From positions 1,029,206 through 1,066,262 of the forward strand of contig NC_057757.1 of assembly GCF_004010195.1 (NCBI RefSeq): a DNA stretch of 37,057 bases. The letters run 5' to 3'. Source of the DNA: Chiloscyllium plagiosum. Its lineage: Eukaryota. Positions 35,397-37,057 of the stretch are shown one piece after another. The position numbers and the translations under genes are program-made. A model generated the notes under the pieces. The model had not been told where the DNA came from. It saw nothing but the letters and a program-made list of their open reading frames with translations, and ran no database searches. How positions within the stretch are numbered: the stretch's first letter is position 1; the number at the start of each line of letters is the position of its first letter.

Positions 35397-35695
35397 TGGG
35401 CAACACAGTGGCTTGGTGGTTAGCACTGCTGCCTCACAGCGCCACGGACCCAGGTTTGATTCACACTTCGGGGGACTGTTTGTGCGGAATTTGCACATTC
35501 TCCCCGTGTCTGTGTGAGTTTCCTCCCACAATCCAAAGATGTGCAGGTCAGGTGAATTGGCCATGCTAAAAATTGTCCATAATGTTAGGTGCATTAATCG
35601 GGGTAAATTTAGGGGAATGGGTCTGGGTGGGTTACTCTTTGGCGGGTTGGTGTAGAGTTGTTGGGCCAAAGGGCCTGTTTCCATACTGTAGGGGA
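35397..35695 (+). mobile_element. HE1-like V-SINE
   Basis: Same family as 18342 and 27591; divergently oriented relative to the 34880-35216 copy. Confidence 0.85.
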
Positions 35696-36087
35696 TAGAG
35701 TCATAGAGATGTACAGCATGGTAAACAGACCTTCTGGTCCAGGTATCAAAGGGTGGGTGAGGTATTGGAGGGAAGGAGAGGTAATAGAATCGAATAACCT
35801 TCATTGTAACGGACATTAGCAGAGGATGGGCGATCTTTGAGAAGGTGGAGGAGGCATCAAGAGGGTGTGAGTTCGAGAATTGGGTTTGCCAGTTTGGCTC
35901 AATCCTCAGACACAGATCGTTCACGTTATGTCTGGCCCGCATCGCTTGGTTTACTGATTGAAACAATCGGCGCCCTTTACACAGGGGACAAAGGGCGTTT
36001 TTACAGGCTTGCTGAGGTTATAGCTGTGGCACATGGAAGATAAACATTTGCCGACAGAGCTGCCAACTCCAGAACATTAAAACTCAC

Positions 36088-36525
36088 CCTCCCCCTTTCT
36101 CCCCTCCCCCATTCTGCGCCGGCTGCTGAGTTCGGCGCACCGTCCTCCCCCGTGCTGCCTGATCCACCAATCACGGCCCGTCTCCCCACCCCCATCCGCT
36201 TTCTCCGTTGGTATTTGAAAGCTTCGCCGCTCGAGGCTGCCTGATCCGCCAATCACAACCCCGTCCGGCGCTCGCGCCCCGCGCGCTTTTATGCGTTGGA
36301 ATTTGAAAGTCTCGCCGCGCCCACCGCTCGAAGTGGCCTGATCCACCAATCAGAGCTCGTCTTCCTCCCGCCCCGCCCTTATCACGCGCGCTAAATCCGA
36401 TGGGATTTGAAATCCCGACTACGGCCCTGACTCGAGGCTGCCTGATCCGCCAATCACAGGGCGCGCATCTTCGCGCTTTTGGCGGTTGGTTTATCTTTTC
36501 GAAGCTCGGCTCACGACGGACTCTG
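36088..36525 (-). promoter_or_regulatory. CpG-island promoter and putative first exon of gene B, with repeated CCAAT, GC-box and TTTGAA motifs
   Basis: Most CpG-dense non-satellite stretch in the window; donor G|GTGAGT at 36087; CCAATCA at 36167, 36249, 36346 and 36450; CCCCGCCC at 36371. Confidence 0.65.
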
Positions 36526-36791
36526 TAGTAAGTTAAAAATCACACAACACCAGGGTATAGTCCTGATTTGGAGATGCCGGTGTTGGACTGGGGTGTACAA
36601 AGTTAAAGCCCTGACTCGAGGCTGCCTGATCCGCCAATCACAGGGCGCGCATCTTCGCGCTTTTGGCGGTTGGTTTATCTTTTCGAAGCTCGGCTCACGA
36701 CGGACTCTGTAGTAAGTTAAAAATCACACAACACCAGGGTATAGTCCTGATTTGGAGATGCCGGTGTTGGACTGGGGTGTACAAAGTTAAA
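36424..36791. repeat. perfect 184-bp tandem duplication
   Basis: 36424-36607 is identical by eye to 36608-36791. Confidence 0.92.
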
Positions 36792-37057
36792 AATCACGCA
36801 ACACCAGGTTATAGTCCAACAGTTTAATTGGAAGCACACTAGCTTTCGAAGCGACGCTCCTTCATCAGGTGATTGTGGAGGGCTCGATCATAACACACAG
36901 AATTTATAGCAAATATTTGCAGTGTGATGTAACTGAAATTATACATTGAAAAATTGATTGTCTGTTCAGCCTTTCATCTGTTAGAATACAGTGATAGTTT
37001 TACTTCTTTCATGTGTAAATCACAAAACCCTTTTTTTAAAAAAAGTTGCATTCTCGG
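36715..37057 (-). mobile_element. Penelope-like element 3' terminus, same family as 29600-31166, running off the window
   Basis: atttggagatgccggtgttggactggggtgtacaaagttaaaaatcac...; partial tandem copy of the terminus; CpGs retained. Confidence 0.85.
36840..36868 (-). ncRNA. minimal hammerhead ribozyme motif
   Basis: Minus strand reads CTGATGA A GGAGC-GTC-GCTTC GAAA GCTA. Confidence 0.7.

Noticed and set aside
35394..35966. 190-aa minus-strand ORF
   Set aside because: Much of it is antisense HE1-like SINE and CR1 tail sequence.

Overview
Vertebrate genomic DNA, very probably from a cartilaginous fish (shark), inferred from HE1/V-SINE-like, DeuSINE-like, CR1/HER1-like and shark-type Penelope repeats recognised from memory. 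The window holds two convergent (tail-to-tail) SLC16A13/MCT13-like monocarboxylate transporter paralogs with matching exon architecture. Gene A is on the + strand: coding exons 588-731, 7266-8051 and 9946-10220, with its first coding exon upstream of the window. Gene B is on the - strand and complete: 31891-31687, 28611-28468, 27153-26365 and 22628-22414, giving 1353 nt or 450 aa. Gene B has two probable 5'-UTR exons leading to a CpG island built from repeated CCAAT plus TTTGAA modules. Introns and the intergenic region are dense with nested retroelements. The most striking non-coding signals are six minimal hammerhead-ribozyme cores in Penelope-like element termini, a TSD-flanked Penelope insertion with about 480-bp inverted arms, a 157-bp hammerhead mini-element, two solo LTRs, and a higher-order minisatellite that arose inside a DeuSINE. 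There is no CRISPR array or prokaryotic system. All family assignments were made by eye, without database searches.
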